NCBI GenBank assembly: GCA_963729625.1
Contig: CAVSOU010000008.1
Coordinates: forward strand, 32,001-96,000
Reading direction: 5' to 3'
Source: an uncultured bacterium
GTDB taxonomy: Bacteria > Chloroflexota > UBA5177 > JANWHV01
Length of the DNA: 64,000 nucleotides
Position numbers and translations under genes: made by a program
The notes under the pieces: generated by a model
What the model saw: only the letters and a program-made list of their open reading frames with translations
Databases searched by the model: none
What the model was told of the DNA's origin: nothing
Part shown: piece after piece, positions 40,772 through 50,620 of the stretch
How the letters are laid out: every line of letters starts with the position of its first letter
How positions within the stretch are numbered: the stretch's first letter is position 1

Positions 40772-41397
40772 CCAGGCCCAGGCGCTTCCTGCTGTTCTCC
40801 CGACGCCGCGACTTGCCGCGGATCTCGGTCGTGATGCAGGCCCTCAATGTAGAGATCGACCAGCCGCCGAAAGCTCTCCTCGATATCAAGCGGGAGGCCG
40901 AAGCCGCCGCCTGCTTCCAGGGAAACGAACCCGTGAACGAGGCTGCGGAAGTGGCGTACGGCGTGCAGAGCCTCCACGCCATGCAGGTCGTATCCGGCAA
41001 GGATCGCGAGAGGCACGAGAACGACATCGCGCTCCGCAGTCTCCAGTTCGGGATCCGGCGCGCGATTGGCGGGTGCGACGCGCAGCATGATCTCGTAGAC
41101 TCCCGGGTGCTGGTGCACGAACGCGCGGTAGGCGCCGGCCAGTGCCCTCACGGCGTCATCGCGCGAGCGCCCGACCGTGGCCCTGGTGAGGGCGCGTTCC
41201 AGCTCACGGTCGCCCAGGAGGGCGAGATCGCGATGCAGGCCGGGCAAGCCGGCGATGTGATTATAGAGCGATGGAGTGCGGATACACAATGTCGTGGCCA
41301 GCGCGGCGAGAGTCAACGCAGCCGGCCCGGAGCTGTCGACGAGCGTGTATGCCGCGCGTACTACGGTATCGTGGTCGATTCCCGGCCTAGCTGCCGT
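40768..41397 (-). CDS. TetR/AcrR-family regulator (WHG-type C-terminus); apparent ACG start
   Basis: LTLAALA..L.IRTPSLYNHI.G HTH; AYRAF...HPG.Y; SLVHGFVSLEAGGGF; AAGGAGG RBS before ACG 41397. Confidence 0.85.
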   Translation of the reverse strand, partial: TAARPGIDHDTVVRAAYTLVDSSGPAALTLAALATTLCIRTPSLYNHIAGLPGLHRDLALLGDRELERALTRATVGRSRDDAVRALAGAYRAFVHQHPGVYEIMLRVAPANRAPDPELETAERDVVLVPLAILAGYDLHGVEALHAVRHFRSLVHGFVSLEAGGGFGLPLDIEESFRRLVDLYIEGLHHDRDPRQVAASGEQQEAPGPG

Positions 41398-42115
41398 GTT
41401 GAACCTCCTTGCCCGGCCGACGCTGCGCGACGGCAATGGCGCGGTCCATGGCGGGAAGCGGCGCCTCCAGCACGCTGCCATGTCCTGTCGCCAACCGCTT
41501 TGGCTCGAGATTCCGGAGGGAGATGGCGCTGTCCAGAGAGGCAGGGCGAGACCAGGTCGCCATCGCAGGGAAGGGGAACAGCGGCTGCACGGTACCGGCG
41601 ACCGCGATGCCAGCGCGAGTCTGGTAGGCGTCGCCGGCGATCAGCGTTCCATCGCGCGTATCGAACAGGGCCATGTGCCCAGGCGTGTGGCCCGGGGCAG
41701 CCACCACGAGCAACGACCCGACGCGATCGCCGGGCCGCAGGAACCCGGTCGGGCGCGTGCTGCAGGTCTTCCAACTGCCGCGGAGCTTGGCCGGCGATTC
41801 GCCTGGCTCCATCCGCATATCTCCGGCAAGCATGCGTGCGTCGCGCTCGGAGATAAGCACTTCCGCGTCCGGCAACCCTTCGTGCAGAACGTCGAGAGAG
41901 CCGACGTGATCCATGTGCGCGTGCGTGAGCACGATGCGACTGATCTGCAGGCCTTGCGCGCGAGCGGCGGCGCGAATGGCAGGGGCACTGCCGGGCAGAG
42001 CGGCGTCGACGAGCGTAAGGCCGTCGTCTTCGCGCACCAGGTAGCAGTTCACCGGAAAGACGCGCGGCAGGCGCGTGAGCTGCGTGAGATACGTTCCATG
42101 AGTTGTGACGCGCAT
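41387..42115 (-). CDS. Metallo-beta-lactamase-fold hydrolase
   Basis: LTHAHMDHVGS, PGHTPGH, AGDA, GHG motifs. Confidence 0.92.
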   Translation of the reverse strand: MRVTTHGTYLTQLTRLPRVFPVNCYLVREDDGLTLVDAALPGSAPAIRAAARAQGLQISRIVLTHAHMDHVGSLDVLHEGLPDAEVLISERDARMLAGDMRMEPGESPAKLRGSWKTCSTRPTGFLRPGDRVGSLLVVAAPGHTPGHMALFDTRDGTLIAGDAYQTRAGIAVAGTVQPLFPFPAMATWSRPASLDSAISLRNLEPKRLATGHGSVLEAPLPAMDRAIAVAQRRPGKEVQHGS

Positions 42116-42163
42116 TGCCTGTCCCCTTCACGTGCAGAACCGGGCAACCAACCCGGTCTATTG

Positions 42164-42203
42164 CTAACACTATTAGTATTTCAACTAATACCGTTAGTGT
42201 CAA
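42164..42203 (-). promoter_or_regulatory. Tandem palindromic operators overlapping the MBL-TetR operon promoter
   Basis: CTAA-N5-TTAG at 42164-42176 and 42185-42197 (21 bp apart); TTGACA on the minus strand at 42203-42198. Confidence 0.75.
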
Positions 42204-42388
42204 GAGTGTGCGGTGATCTGGGTGTGTCTGCATTCTGTGACCGGGCGCCGATCCGCGTGCCGCAGGCAAATCGTTCGTGGCGGCGTCCCGCCGCGACGAG
42301 GAGACCCCGGCCTTCAGTATGACGGATAGGCTTCTCGGCGTGACCGCCAGGGTTTCAACCGGGGTCACTCTATCCAGGTATGCCCCGG

Positions 42389-44521
42389 TCATGTCGCGGG
42401 ACGCACCGGAATGCGCAGGACCCACGCCTCGACCGCGCGAGAGTCGAAGGACGGCGTGAGGGTGGTACTGGTGGCTTCAGGGTAGTGGCTCAGCAGATCG
42501 CGCCAGAGGGTGCGGTGCTCCGGCAGAATTATCAGTGCCAGCTTCCGCTGGTTGTTATGCGTCGGCATAGGCCGGGCCAGGTCAAGGAGTGTGACATCTC
42601 CGCCGGCGTCATAGCGCAGCGTCGGATAGTCCAGCCCGGAGATACCGGCCACCAGCGCCGGATCCACAAGCACGGTGTAGCCCTGGCGCCGAAGCGTGGT
42701 CACCTGGCGGCCGGCGAGCACGCGTGCTCCGCCATTGGCCTCCCAGGCAGCCAGATTCGCCGCTTGTTGGTTAAAGTACCGGTCGACGTTCAGCCAGCCT
42801 GCCAGGGCCAGCACGGCACACAGCGCGGCCGCCGAGATAGCACGTGGACGGAGCACGCGGCGCCATCCCGGCACCTTGCCGCGCGCAGCCGTGGCAGCTT
42901 CTTGCGACATCCCAGCCTGCCAGAGCAGCAGGAGCGGAAGCGCGGCGATCAGGACGGTCGGGATCAGCGCGGCGAGCGAGCGCAGGCTCTGCGGCGCTTC
43001 GCCGTCAAGCGTCAGGATACCGCCGGAGAGTGCAGCGGCAAGCCAGAGCAGAAGCAACTGATAGACCCAGCGCGACGAGTACCGCACGGCCACGCCCACG
43101 CCCAGGACAAAACACGTGCCGGTGACCGGATCGAGCATAGGCGCGCCCGGCAGGTTCTGGCGCCCGTTCTGGTCGCCGGAGGCCGTGAACATGAGCAGGT
43201 GTCGCCCCGTGTTGCGCAGCAGCGCAGGGATGAAGTGCGCCCAGTCGGCATACTCGTGGCTGAGCGCCACGCTGCTCATGCGGGCGGAATAGAATGCCGG
43301 ATCGAGGTGCGCGGCAACCAACAGCGGCAGCGCCGCCAGCACGAAGCCGGCAGGCAGAAGCGCGGCCGCCGGCCAGGCTGCCCGGCGATAGGTTCGGTCG
43401 CTGTAGAGCCTGAAGGCGGCAAAGACGATGGCCGCGGCAATGGTTGCGACCGATCCTACATACGTCATCATCGCCAGCCCGAGAAAGATTCCGCTCAGCA
43501 GGAACCAGCTAGCGGCCGGAGAGACGAGGGCCGAGCAGAGCGCCCACGCGCCGAGGCCGAGGAGCGCCGGGGCGGCGATGTTCGACATGCCCAGGCGAGA
43601 GATGGTAATCGACCAGGCAGATACGGCCAGCAGCACGGCGGCGATCAATCCATAGGCGTATTCCGCGTATGCCTTCCCAACGGCGAACGCGGCCGCCACG
43701 CCCAGGACGCCGAAGAGTGCCGAGACCAGGCGGAGCGAAACGATGCCCGTGCCCAGGAAATGCACGACAGCGGCCTGCGTGTACGCATAGAGGCTTGGCG
43801 TGTGTCCGTAGTTGCCGGGAGCATAGGGCTGAAACGGCAAATGCGACAGCGCCTGGGCATTGGCGAGGCTGTCGACCTCATCGATCCAGACGCCGAATGG
43901 GAGTATGTCGAGACGCCAAAGGCGCAGCACAAGGGCCGCCACAAGCGTCGCCGCCAGCAGGGAAATCGGCATGGCCCGGCGCCAAGGCTCGGCCGCAATC
44001 CGATCGCTCGTCTGCGCGCCAGGCACCGGAAGGCCCAGCAGGCGATCCGCGCGCCAGGCCATGATGAGCGAGGCGAGCAGTGCGGCAATCCACAGCGCCG
44101 CGGCAAACGACGATCCGGCATCGGGAAAGAGATGCGCGGCCGTGAAGGGCTCGGCGTTCCATATCAGCGCGGCCGGCAGTCCAAGTCCCAGCATCGGCAG
44201 CAACGGGACAAGTGCCCGCGACGTGCGCGGCGCAGGCCGCGCGGCCCGCGCTTCCGGGATCCGGCGGGAGGCTCTACCGCACTCCGGCTCGGTGCCCGGC
44301 AGAGGATCGGGAAGCACGAGAGCGGCAAGGACTATGGCCAGAAGCGTGGCAGCGATCACCCAGGCCGGCACATGGTCGCGTGGTGACTGATGCTGGCAGG
44401 CAATCGCAAGCGCAAGGGCGGTCAGGCCCGCGGTGACCTTGGGGCCCCGGCCGTTCAGCCTACGAGGCCGGTGAGCACTCACATATAGGTGAGGCCAGGC
44501 AGCGGGACCACGGCGGTTCAA
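42389..44521 (-). CDS. GT-C fold membrane glycosyltransferase (ArnT/PMT, GT39/83-like); start uncertain
   Basis: LRLWRLD..P.G.W.DE, SLRL.SALFG, A.S.W.ITISR, multiple TM helices, extracellular C-terminal domain. Confidence 0.85.
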   Translation of the reverse strand: MNRRGPAAWPHLYVSAHRPRRLNGRGPKVTAGLTALALAIACQHQSPRDHVPAWVIAATLLAIVLAALVLPDPLPGTEPECGRASRRIPEARAARPAPRTSRALVPLLPMLGLGLPAALIWNAEPFTAAHLFPDAGSSFAAALWIAALLASLIMAWRADRLLGLPVPGAQTSDRIAAEPWRRAMPISLLAATLVAALVLRLWRLDILPFGVWIDEVDSLANAQALSHLPFQPYAPGNYGHTPSLYAYTQAAVVHFLGTGIVSLRLVSALFGVLGVAAAFAVGKAYAEYAYGLIAAVLLAVSAWSITISRLGMSNIAAPALLGLGAWALCSALVSPAASWFLLSGIFLGLAMMTYVGSVATIAAAIVFAAFRLYSDRTYRRAAWPAAALLPAGFVLAALPLLVAAHLDPAFYSARMSSVALSHEYADWAHFIPALLRNTGRHLLMFTASGDQNGRQNLPGAPMLDPVTGTCFVLGVGVAVRYSSRWVYQLLLLWLAAALSGGILTLDGEAPQSLRSLAALIPTVLIAALPLLLLWQAGMSQEAATAARGKVPGWRRVLRPRAISAAALCAVLALAGWLNVDRYFNQQAANLAAWEANGGARVLAGRQVTTLRRQGYTVLVDPALVAGISGLDYPTLRYDAGGDVTLLDLARPMPTHNNQRKLALIILPEHRTLWRDLLSHYPEATSTTLTPSFDSRAVEAWVLRIPVRPAT

Positions 44522-44724
44522 CGCAAGGCCAGACCTGACCCTAAACGGTCATGGCAGGACTCCGCCTTAAAGGGCCAAGCGGCTACGGCCATTACTTTTG
44601 CACGATGAGGCCCAGCTCCGGCCCAGGATGCCCACTGCAGCCGGTAGCCCACACCGTGACCCCTTACTGTACGGTGTGTGGTGTGCGGTCCGAGTCGCTT
44701 GAGCGCCCGTTCCTGACCATTCAT
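44518..44724 (-). pseudogene. Possible OmpR-family response-regulator remnant
   Basis: 68-aa ORF with GAAGGGA RBS containing KRLG....RTVRGHGVGYRL, resembling the OmpR wing; stop overlaps the TTG of the GT gene. Confidence 0.35.
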
Positions 44725-44911
44725 GGTCCGTGTCCCTTCTATGAGGTTTCAGCCTCAGGTCGACTCAGGCTTGAGCACAGTCCTCCGGGGTTCGGCGTTT
44801 CTGCTCCAAAGTCCAGGCCGGAACTGAGAGTTCGTGGCAGTGCGAATGGTACTGGATGGCGGTGAGGCACTACCATGGTGAGCGAATGATTATTGTGGTT
44901 AGGAGAGGTTC

Positions 44912-46090
44912 ATGCAGTCGTCTCAAACAGCACTTCTGCCCGTTGCCGAGCAAGTCGTGCTCGACCGGCGCTATCTCCACGCGCACCCTGAGCTTGGCTT
45001 TGAGGAAGCCGAGACCGCCAGGTTCGTGGCTGAGCGGTTGCGCGCGCTTGGGCTGGAGGTGCAGACCGGCGTGGCGCGCACGGGCGTGGTCGGGCTTATC
45101 CGGGGCGGGAAGCCCGGCAGGACGGTGCTGCTCCGAGCGGACATGGATGCGCTGCCCATTCAGGAAGAGAACGAGGTCCCGTACCGATCGCAGAACCCGG
45201 GCGTGATGCACGCCTGCGGCCACGACTGCCACACCGCCATACTGCTCAACGCGGCCCGCATTCTCGTGCAGCATCGCGGCCGGCTTTCCGGTACGGTCAA
45301 GCTCGTCTTTCAGCCGTGCGAGGAGCAAGCTCCGGGTGGTGCCGTCGCCATGATCGGCGAGGGAGTGCTGGAAGACCCCAAGGTCGACGCCGCCTTCGCT
45401 CTCCATGTATCGCAGGACGGCCCCGCGGGATCGGTTTCGACGCGCACCGGACCAGTTATGGCGGCCGCCGACACGTTTACGATCAAACTTACCGGCATTG
45501 GCGGGCACGGCGCTTATCCGCACCAGTGCGTCGATTCCGTGGTCGCCGCCGCCCAGATCACGCTCGCGCTGCAGACGATCGTGTCGCGTGAGATCGATCC
45601 CATGCACAGCGCGGTCATCACGGTAGGAGCGATCCATGCCGGCGATGCCTCCAACATCATTCCCCAGAATTGCACGATGACGGGGACCGTGCGCTCATTC
45701 GACAACAATGTCCGGCTCCATCTGGCCAAGCGCATTGAGTCGGTGGCAACCGGCCTGGCGCACGCGTTGCGCGTGGAGTGTGCCTGCCACTATACGTTCG
45801 GCAATCCGGCAGTGGTCAACGACGCTGCGATGACCGATCTCGTCTTTGAAGTGGCGCGCAAGGTGGTGGCCGCGGATAAGGTGTTGATCGAGGAGCCGAG
45901 CATGGGAGCGGAAGACTTCTCGTCGTTCTTGGAGAGAGTGCCGGGCAACTACTTCTTCGTGGGCACGCGCAACCCCGAGAAGAATCTGACCTACAGCCAT
46001 CACCACCCCAGGTTCGACGTGGACGAGTCGGCCCTGCCAACGGCAGTCGACCTGATGGTCGCTGTGGCCGAACGCTATCTGCACGGCTGA
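44912..46090 (+). CDS. M20D-family amidohydrolase
   Basis: RRYLHAHPELGFEE, LRADMDALP, MHACGHD.H, FQPCEE, GGHGA.PH, MGAEDF, HHP.FD.DE. Confidence 0.93.
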   Translation: MQSSQTALLPVAEQVVLDRRYLHAHPELGFEEAETARFVAERLRALGLEVQTGVARTGVVGLIRGGKPGRTVLLRADMDALPIQEENEVPYRSQNPGVMHACGHDCHTAILLNAARILVQHRGRLSGTVKLVFQPCEEQAPGGAVAMIGEGVLEDPKVDAAFALHVSQDGPAGSVSTRTGPVMAAADTFTIKLTGIGGHGAYPHQCVDSVVAAAQITLALQTIVSREIDPMHSAVITVGAIHAGDASNIIPQNCTMTGTVRSFDNNVRLHLAKRIESVATGLAHALRVECACHYTFGNPAVVNDAAMTDLVFEVARKVVAADKVLIEEPSMGAEDFSSFLERVPGNYFFVGTRNPEKNLTYSHHHPRFDVDESALPTAVDLMVAVAERYLHG

Positions 46091-46166
46091 CCGGGGGGCC
46101 GGCCTATGCGCCGTCTTGCCCGCGCATCACCGAGATACGCGGCTCGGGCAGCCGGCCGGCGGGCCG

Positions 46167-47126
46167 CTACGCTTCCAGCCCCAGCCCTTCGTCCCGGCCC
46201 AGCAGGATGTTCATGCACTGAACGGCGGCTCCCGAGGCGCCCTTGCCGAGGTTATCGAGGCGAGCGCTCAGGAGGATGTGATCCTCGCCGCCGAAGGCGA
46301 ACAGGTCGACGCGGTTGGTTCCGTTGCAGGCCTGAGCATCCAGGAATCCGCCGTCGAGCACCGGCTCCGCTTCGTAGGGCATGACCGCCACGAACCGCTC
46401 ACCGGCGTAGTACGCGCCAAGAATGTCGCGCACATCCGCGGCAGTGACCTTCTTGCGCAGCAGGCTGGGGAAGATCGGCACGGAGACGACCATGCCCTGG
46501 TAGAAGTCCCCTACGATGGGCGAGAAAAGGGGGGCGTGCTCCAGGCCACTGCGGACCCGCATCTCCGGCAGATGCTTGTGTCTCAGGCCGAGCGCATACA
46601 TGCGCGGGCTGCGCAGCTTCCGGCGATCCGCATCCGGCCCTTCGTGCTGGGCAATCAGCTTCTTGCCCCCACCGCTGTACCCGCTGATCGAGTGGCAGGT
46701 AAGAAGACTGTCCGCCGGGATAATGCCGGCTTTCACCAGGGGATACACGTTCATCACGAAGCCGGTCGCATGGCAGCCGGGAATAGAGACGCGGGTTGCC
46801 GTTCGGATCGTGCCGCGGGCGCCGGCGTCAAGCTCGGGAATACCATAGGCCCAGTCCGCTGCGGTACGGTGCGCGGTGCTGGTGTCGACCACTCTGGTCC
46901 TCGGGCTGGTGACAAGCGAAACGGACTCCCGTGCCGCGGCATCGGGCAGGCACAGGAATGCGACGTCGGCCTCATTCAGCAGGGCACGACGCGCGGCTGG
47001 GTCTTTGCGCCGCTCGGAATCGATCCGCAGGACCTCGACATCGGGCCGGCTGGCCAAACGATCGAAGATCTGCAGGCCGGTCGTTCCTTCCTCGCCATCC
47101 ACAAATACCAGAGGCTTCGTACTCAC
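46167..47126 (-). CDS. argC: N-acetyl-gamma-glutamyl-phosphate reductase (type 2)
   Basis: VFVDGEEGTTGLQI, FLCLPD, STAHRT, PGCHATG, SGYSGGGK, DNLGKGASGAAVQ; AGGAG RBS before GTG 47126. Confidence 0.95.
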   Translation of the reverse strand: MSTKPLVFVDGEEGTTGLQIFDRLASRPDVEVLRIDSERRKDPAARRALLNEADVAFLCLPDAAARESVSLVTSPRTRVVDTSTAHRTAADWAYGIPELDAGARGTIRTATRVSIPGCHATGFVMNVYPLVKAGIIPADSLLTCHSISGYSGGGKKLIAQHEGPDADRRKLRSPRMYALGLRHKHLPEMRVRSGLEHAPLFSPIVGDFYQGMVVSVPIFPSLLRKKVTAADVRDILGAYYAGERFVAVMPYEAEPVLDGGFLDAQACNGTNRVDLFAFGGEDHILLSARLDNLGKGASGAAVQCMNILLGRDEGLGLEA

Positions 47127-47447
47127 CGGCAGTCTCCTGAGTCGGTATGCCCAATGTACGTGCCCGCCAGCCGGTCGGCTGCCGCCCTGACCGTGAATCC
47201 CGATAATTCCCCTCTGCCCCGAGAGTGCAGTATACCGCAAGCAGGCTGCCATTCCGTTTCAGCGCCCGTTCGCCGCTGCAATCCTCGGGCAGCCGGGACC
47301 GAAGCGGGACCTGCATGAAAGTGTCTCGTGCATGTTCAGGCGGCACGGACGTCCTCGTCCGCCGTGGACGCGCTGGCTATCCACTCCATCGCCAAGACGT
47401 GACCACCCTGCCGGTTCCGGCGTGGCACGATTCTAGTGGTTAGTTGG

Positions 47448-48221
47448 TCAGCCACCTTCGAGGAAGTTGAACTTGGACGTACCCCAGACGCGCACGATAC
47501 CGAGATCTGCGGCACTGACACCGGCGTCGACACGATCGGTGCCCTGCTTATTGGTGAGCGCAAAATAGCCGCCGCGTGCATTCGTCGACAACACGGCCAA
47601 CGGGCTGCCATTCTGCTGTTGCAGTTGCAGGAATCCGCCTTCGGGTCCCGCTGCCAGATAGGTGGAGGGACTGGCGGCGCCGACCATATAGAGCGCGGTC
47701 GCGCCTCCCGTGGCGGTCGAGCCAACGAAGGCCGCCTCCTTCTTATCTTTGTACGCACGAAGTCCTACGTCGCCGTCCCCTGCGCCGCCAACGGTCACAT
47801 AGTCGCCGCTTCCCGCCTGTGCAACCTTCAGCTGGCTGCCGCCGTCCTCCATGCCGCAGATGCACCCATTCGCTTTTCCAGTGGGATCGAACGTCCATAA
47901 CGACCCGCCGTAATTGTTTGTGGTAATCTGTGCCGCGGGCTGTCCGCCGCGCTCAATGAGGATGCCATTACTGGCGACCAGCAGTACGACCTCCCCCTTG
48001 GCGTTCACCACCTTGAAGGGCGCTTTCACGGTGGTGGGTTGCGGTATGACGGTCGCGGACGCATTGCCCAGGCTCAGTGCGCCGGTCAGCAGGGCCAGCG
48101 TGGCGCAGCCGACCAGCCAGCCATGCCACCCGGTTCGTCGTGTCCGTCGTTCGGCTGTAGCAAGTGCGTGCTCTAGCCGAGAGATGCGCTCTTCCAGGCC
48201 GGTAATGAGGTCGTTATCCAT
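47448..48221 (-). CDS. Uncharacterised membrane-anchored protein with short beta-strand repeats
   Basis: AGGAG RBS; LEERISRLE coiled coil, TM helix, repeated G..L...N..G motifs. Confidence 0.65.
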   Translation of the reverse strand: MDNDLITGLEERISRLEHALATAERRTRRTGWHGWLVGCATLALLTGALSLGNASATVIPQPTTVKAPFKVVNAKGEVVLLVASNGILIERGGQPAAQITTNNYGGSLWTFDPTGKANGCICGMEDGGSQLKVAQAGSGDYVTVGGAGDGDVGLRAYKDKKEAAFVGSTATGGATALYMVGAASPSTYLAAGPEGGFLQLQQQNGSPLAVLSTNARGGYFALTNKQGTDRVDAGVSAADLGIVRVWGTSKFNFLEGG

Positions 48222-48412
48222 CTGTTTGCTCCTCTTTCGCTGATCGGGGGCGCCTTGTCGCGCCGTCACTTGACCAACCTCGCTGCATCGCACGAGGAGA
48301 GTCCACGCCGGTTCTACCGCCATGTACTCTTGTGAATACTGGTGCTCTACTCTCGAGCGCGGCCTTCGGCCAAGCTCGTATGGTGCTGCTAGGGACGGAT
48401 TTACGATCCGAA

Positions 48413-50347
48413 CTAGTAGTTCGTGAGGGCATAGATGACAAGCGGCTTGTTGTCCGACTCGGTCATAACCAGGCGTGAGCCCCCAGCCAGGCTGATAGCT
48501 GCTCGGCGTGGACCGTAGCCGGCGCGCGCCACGAACATCGCTTGGCGAACGGTCTTGCCCTGCGCGCCGAGCACGACGAGCTGCAGGTGCGCAATCAACA
48601 CCGTCTGGTCCTGCAAGGCAATGCCATAGAGCGCGCTGAACGTCTGATGCGGGCCTCTGAGCGCGACGATGTTCAGAGTCGCGGAGCCACAGCCATTGGC
48701 ATAGAGCGACCACTGTTCCAGCGCCACTTGGTGAATCATGGACATGTCCAGGGTGGTGGGGTGCACATTGCAGGACACCGTCAGCGCGCGCAGGTCAACG
48801 GCCGTGCCACCGACGGTACTGACCGGAGGCTCGCTGGGAGCGAACACGCGATCGTAAAGCGTGGCGTGTCCGGACAGCTGCATGTCGTAGAGGACGCCAT
48901 TGGCGTTTCCGGTGAAGCTGATTTGCACGATGCTGGCGCCGCTGATGCTGGCGCTGATCGGCACGCCGGGCTGACCCTGATTGGCCGTCACGCTCACGGT
49001 CGAGAACGGCTTGCTGTTCTGATCCAGGACGACGAGGTGCGCGGTGATCGTCTTGTTGTCGGAGTCGTCGGATACGCCGATCCTTGCGCTGAAAGTCCCG
49101 GTTGCGTCGGTCATGATCAGCTCCGCGATGCCGCACGTATCGACGGCCAGGTAGGTGTCGCGCGACACGAGCTTGTGGGCGACAGTCAGATCCGCCGTGC
49201 CGAGATTGGCATTGCACAGGCCGACGACCGCGTCGGGAGAAACGGGGACGGGCGCGCCATTGGGGCTGCCGAAGTCCTGACGATCCGGATTGTGATGCGG
49301 CGCCACAGCAGTGGGAAGGAAGCTGAGGCCGGCCACCAGCAGGTTGACGTTGGTATTCCCGGCATCCATGGTGAACGTCACGGTACGCCCGCCCGCCAGG
49401 TTGACCCAGAGTGGCTGAAGCCCACTGCCGAGGTAGGTCAGACCAATCGCCTTGCGCAGCAAGTGGCCGTCAGCATCGAGCACGCGCAGGCCCACCTGTG
49501 TAGGCAGGCTGCTGTAGTCGGAGGAATCGATCTGTCCGTAGCGGAGGGCCAGCGCGCCCGTTGCGCCAGGTGGGATCTGCACCGTGACTTTACTGCAACC
49601 GCCCAGCAGTTGCAGTGCCATAGTCGGGGAGATCACGATCGAGCTGACCGTGCTCGCCTGTGCGAGTGCGGCAGCGTTGCAGTCGAAATGCAGGGCGCTC
49701 GCCGGCACCGGTGTACCACCCAGCGGCACTCCGTTGCCGGTTAACGGCGTGGCTGCGAGCGCCCGCGCCGTGCCGGTCAGCCTAAAGTCGTACAGGTAGC
49801 TGTCGGCCGGCGTTGGAAACGTCAGCGCAAGGCTCACCCCGCCGGCCACGTCGATGTCCACGGCCTGGGCGACGCCCTTTGCAGCCTTCACGTCCATGGT
49901 GCGTAGCAGCGCACCGCCGGGAGCGAGCAGGAAGAGACGCACCACGGTCGACGCGCTCGTGTCAGCATCAGACACTGCAAGCGAGGCCTGAAAGTGACCA
50001 CTTGCCGCATCATTCAGATAGAGCACCGCCTGACCGCAGCCGCCGTCGTCATGAATTGCCGTGCCCGGTGCCAGAGTCGTTCCCGCGGCCTTGGCGGGGT
50101 CGCTGTTCAGGTGCACGTTGCAGCTGACGGCGAAATCTGCCGGTGTCGGTGTCGTGATGGCCGCGTTGCCGAGTAACGGACCACGAAACACCGGCGGCGC
50201 AGGAGCAGCCAGACTAGATGCATGGACGATGGATAGCGCTGTCAGCGCGTTGCTCGCAAGGGGAGCCATCGCGATCAATGCCGCCAGGGCCGCCATATAC
50301 CTCAAAGTTCGCGATATAGCACGGGGTTCGATAGTCATACTCTTCAT
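48413..50347 (-). CDS. Secreted protein with four NPCBM/NEW2-like beta-sandwich repeats (ATG 50338 may be the true start)
   Basis: Signal peptide; four ~140-aa units each with CN...C, F.A..G..D, and I.LAGG..V.F patterns. Confidence 0.7.
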   Translation of the reverse strand: MKSMTIEPRAISRTLRYMAALAALIAMAPLASNALTALSIVHASSLAAPAPPVFRGPLLGNAAITTPTPADFAVSCNVHLNSDPAKAAGTTLAPGTAIHDDGGCGQAVLYLNDAASGHFQASLAVSDADTSASTVVRLFLLAPGGALLRTMDVKAAKGVAQAVDIDVAGGVSLALTFPTPADSYLYDFRLTGTARALAATPLTGNGVPLGGTPVPASALHFDCNAAALAQASTVSSIVISPTMALQLLGGCSKVTVQIPPGATGALALRYGQIDSSDYSSLPTQVGLRVLDADGHLLRKAIGLTYLGSGLQPLWVNLAGGRTVTFTMDAGNTNVNLLVAGLSFLPTAVAPHHNPDRQDFGSPNGAPVPVSPDAVVGLCNANLGTADLTVAHKLVSRDTYLAVDTCGIAELIMTDATGTFSARIGVSDDSDNKTITAHLVVLDQNSKPFSTVSVTANQGQPGVPISASISGASIVQISFTGNANGVLYDMQLSGHATLYDRVFAPSEPPVSTVGGTAVDLRALTVSCNVHPTTLDMSMIHQVALEQWSLYANGCGSATLNIVALRGPHQTFSALYGIALQDQTVLIAHLQLVVLGAQGKTVRQAMFVARAGYGPRRAAISLAGGSRLVMTESDNKPLVIYALTNY

Positions 50348-50620
50348 CTCCTTGAATACCTGCTCAGACCCAGGCGGTGTTGCGCCCGACTCTCGGACAG
50401 CACGCGACCACGTCTCTGGGTTCTACCAATTGGCTTCAAACAGTGGGCTCCGAGGATGGCTGTCTCCAGCAGAATCCTCGGGGTTCCGCATACGGCGCCC
50501 TGCCGGCAGGCACCCGCCCGCTGACTTCGGGGAGGCACTCCCTGTGACCTGGCAGTACGTTGCCTGAACATCTCAGCGTGCCGGACAGCATCCCAGCATG
50601 CTTAGGTAGCGGTGAAGACG

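Noticed and set aside
47127-47447. ARG box upstream of argC
   Set aside because: TGCAGTATACCGCA matches the consensus weakly and is better explained as a -10 element
50348-50620. GC-rich hairpins upstream of the NPCBM-like gene as a riboswitch
   Set aside because: No conserved aptamer motif recognised
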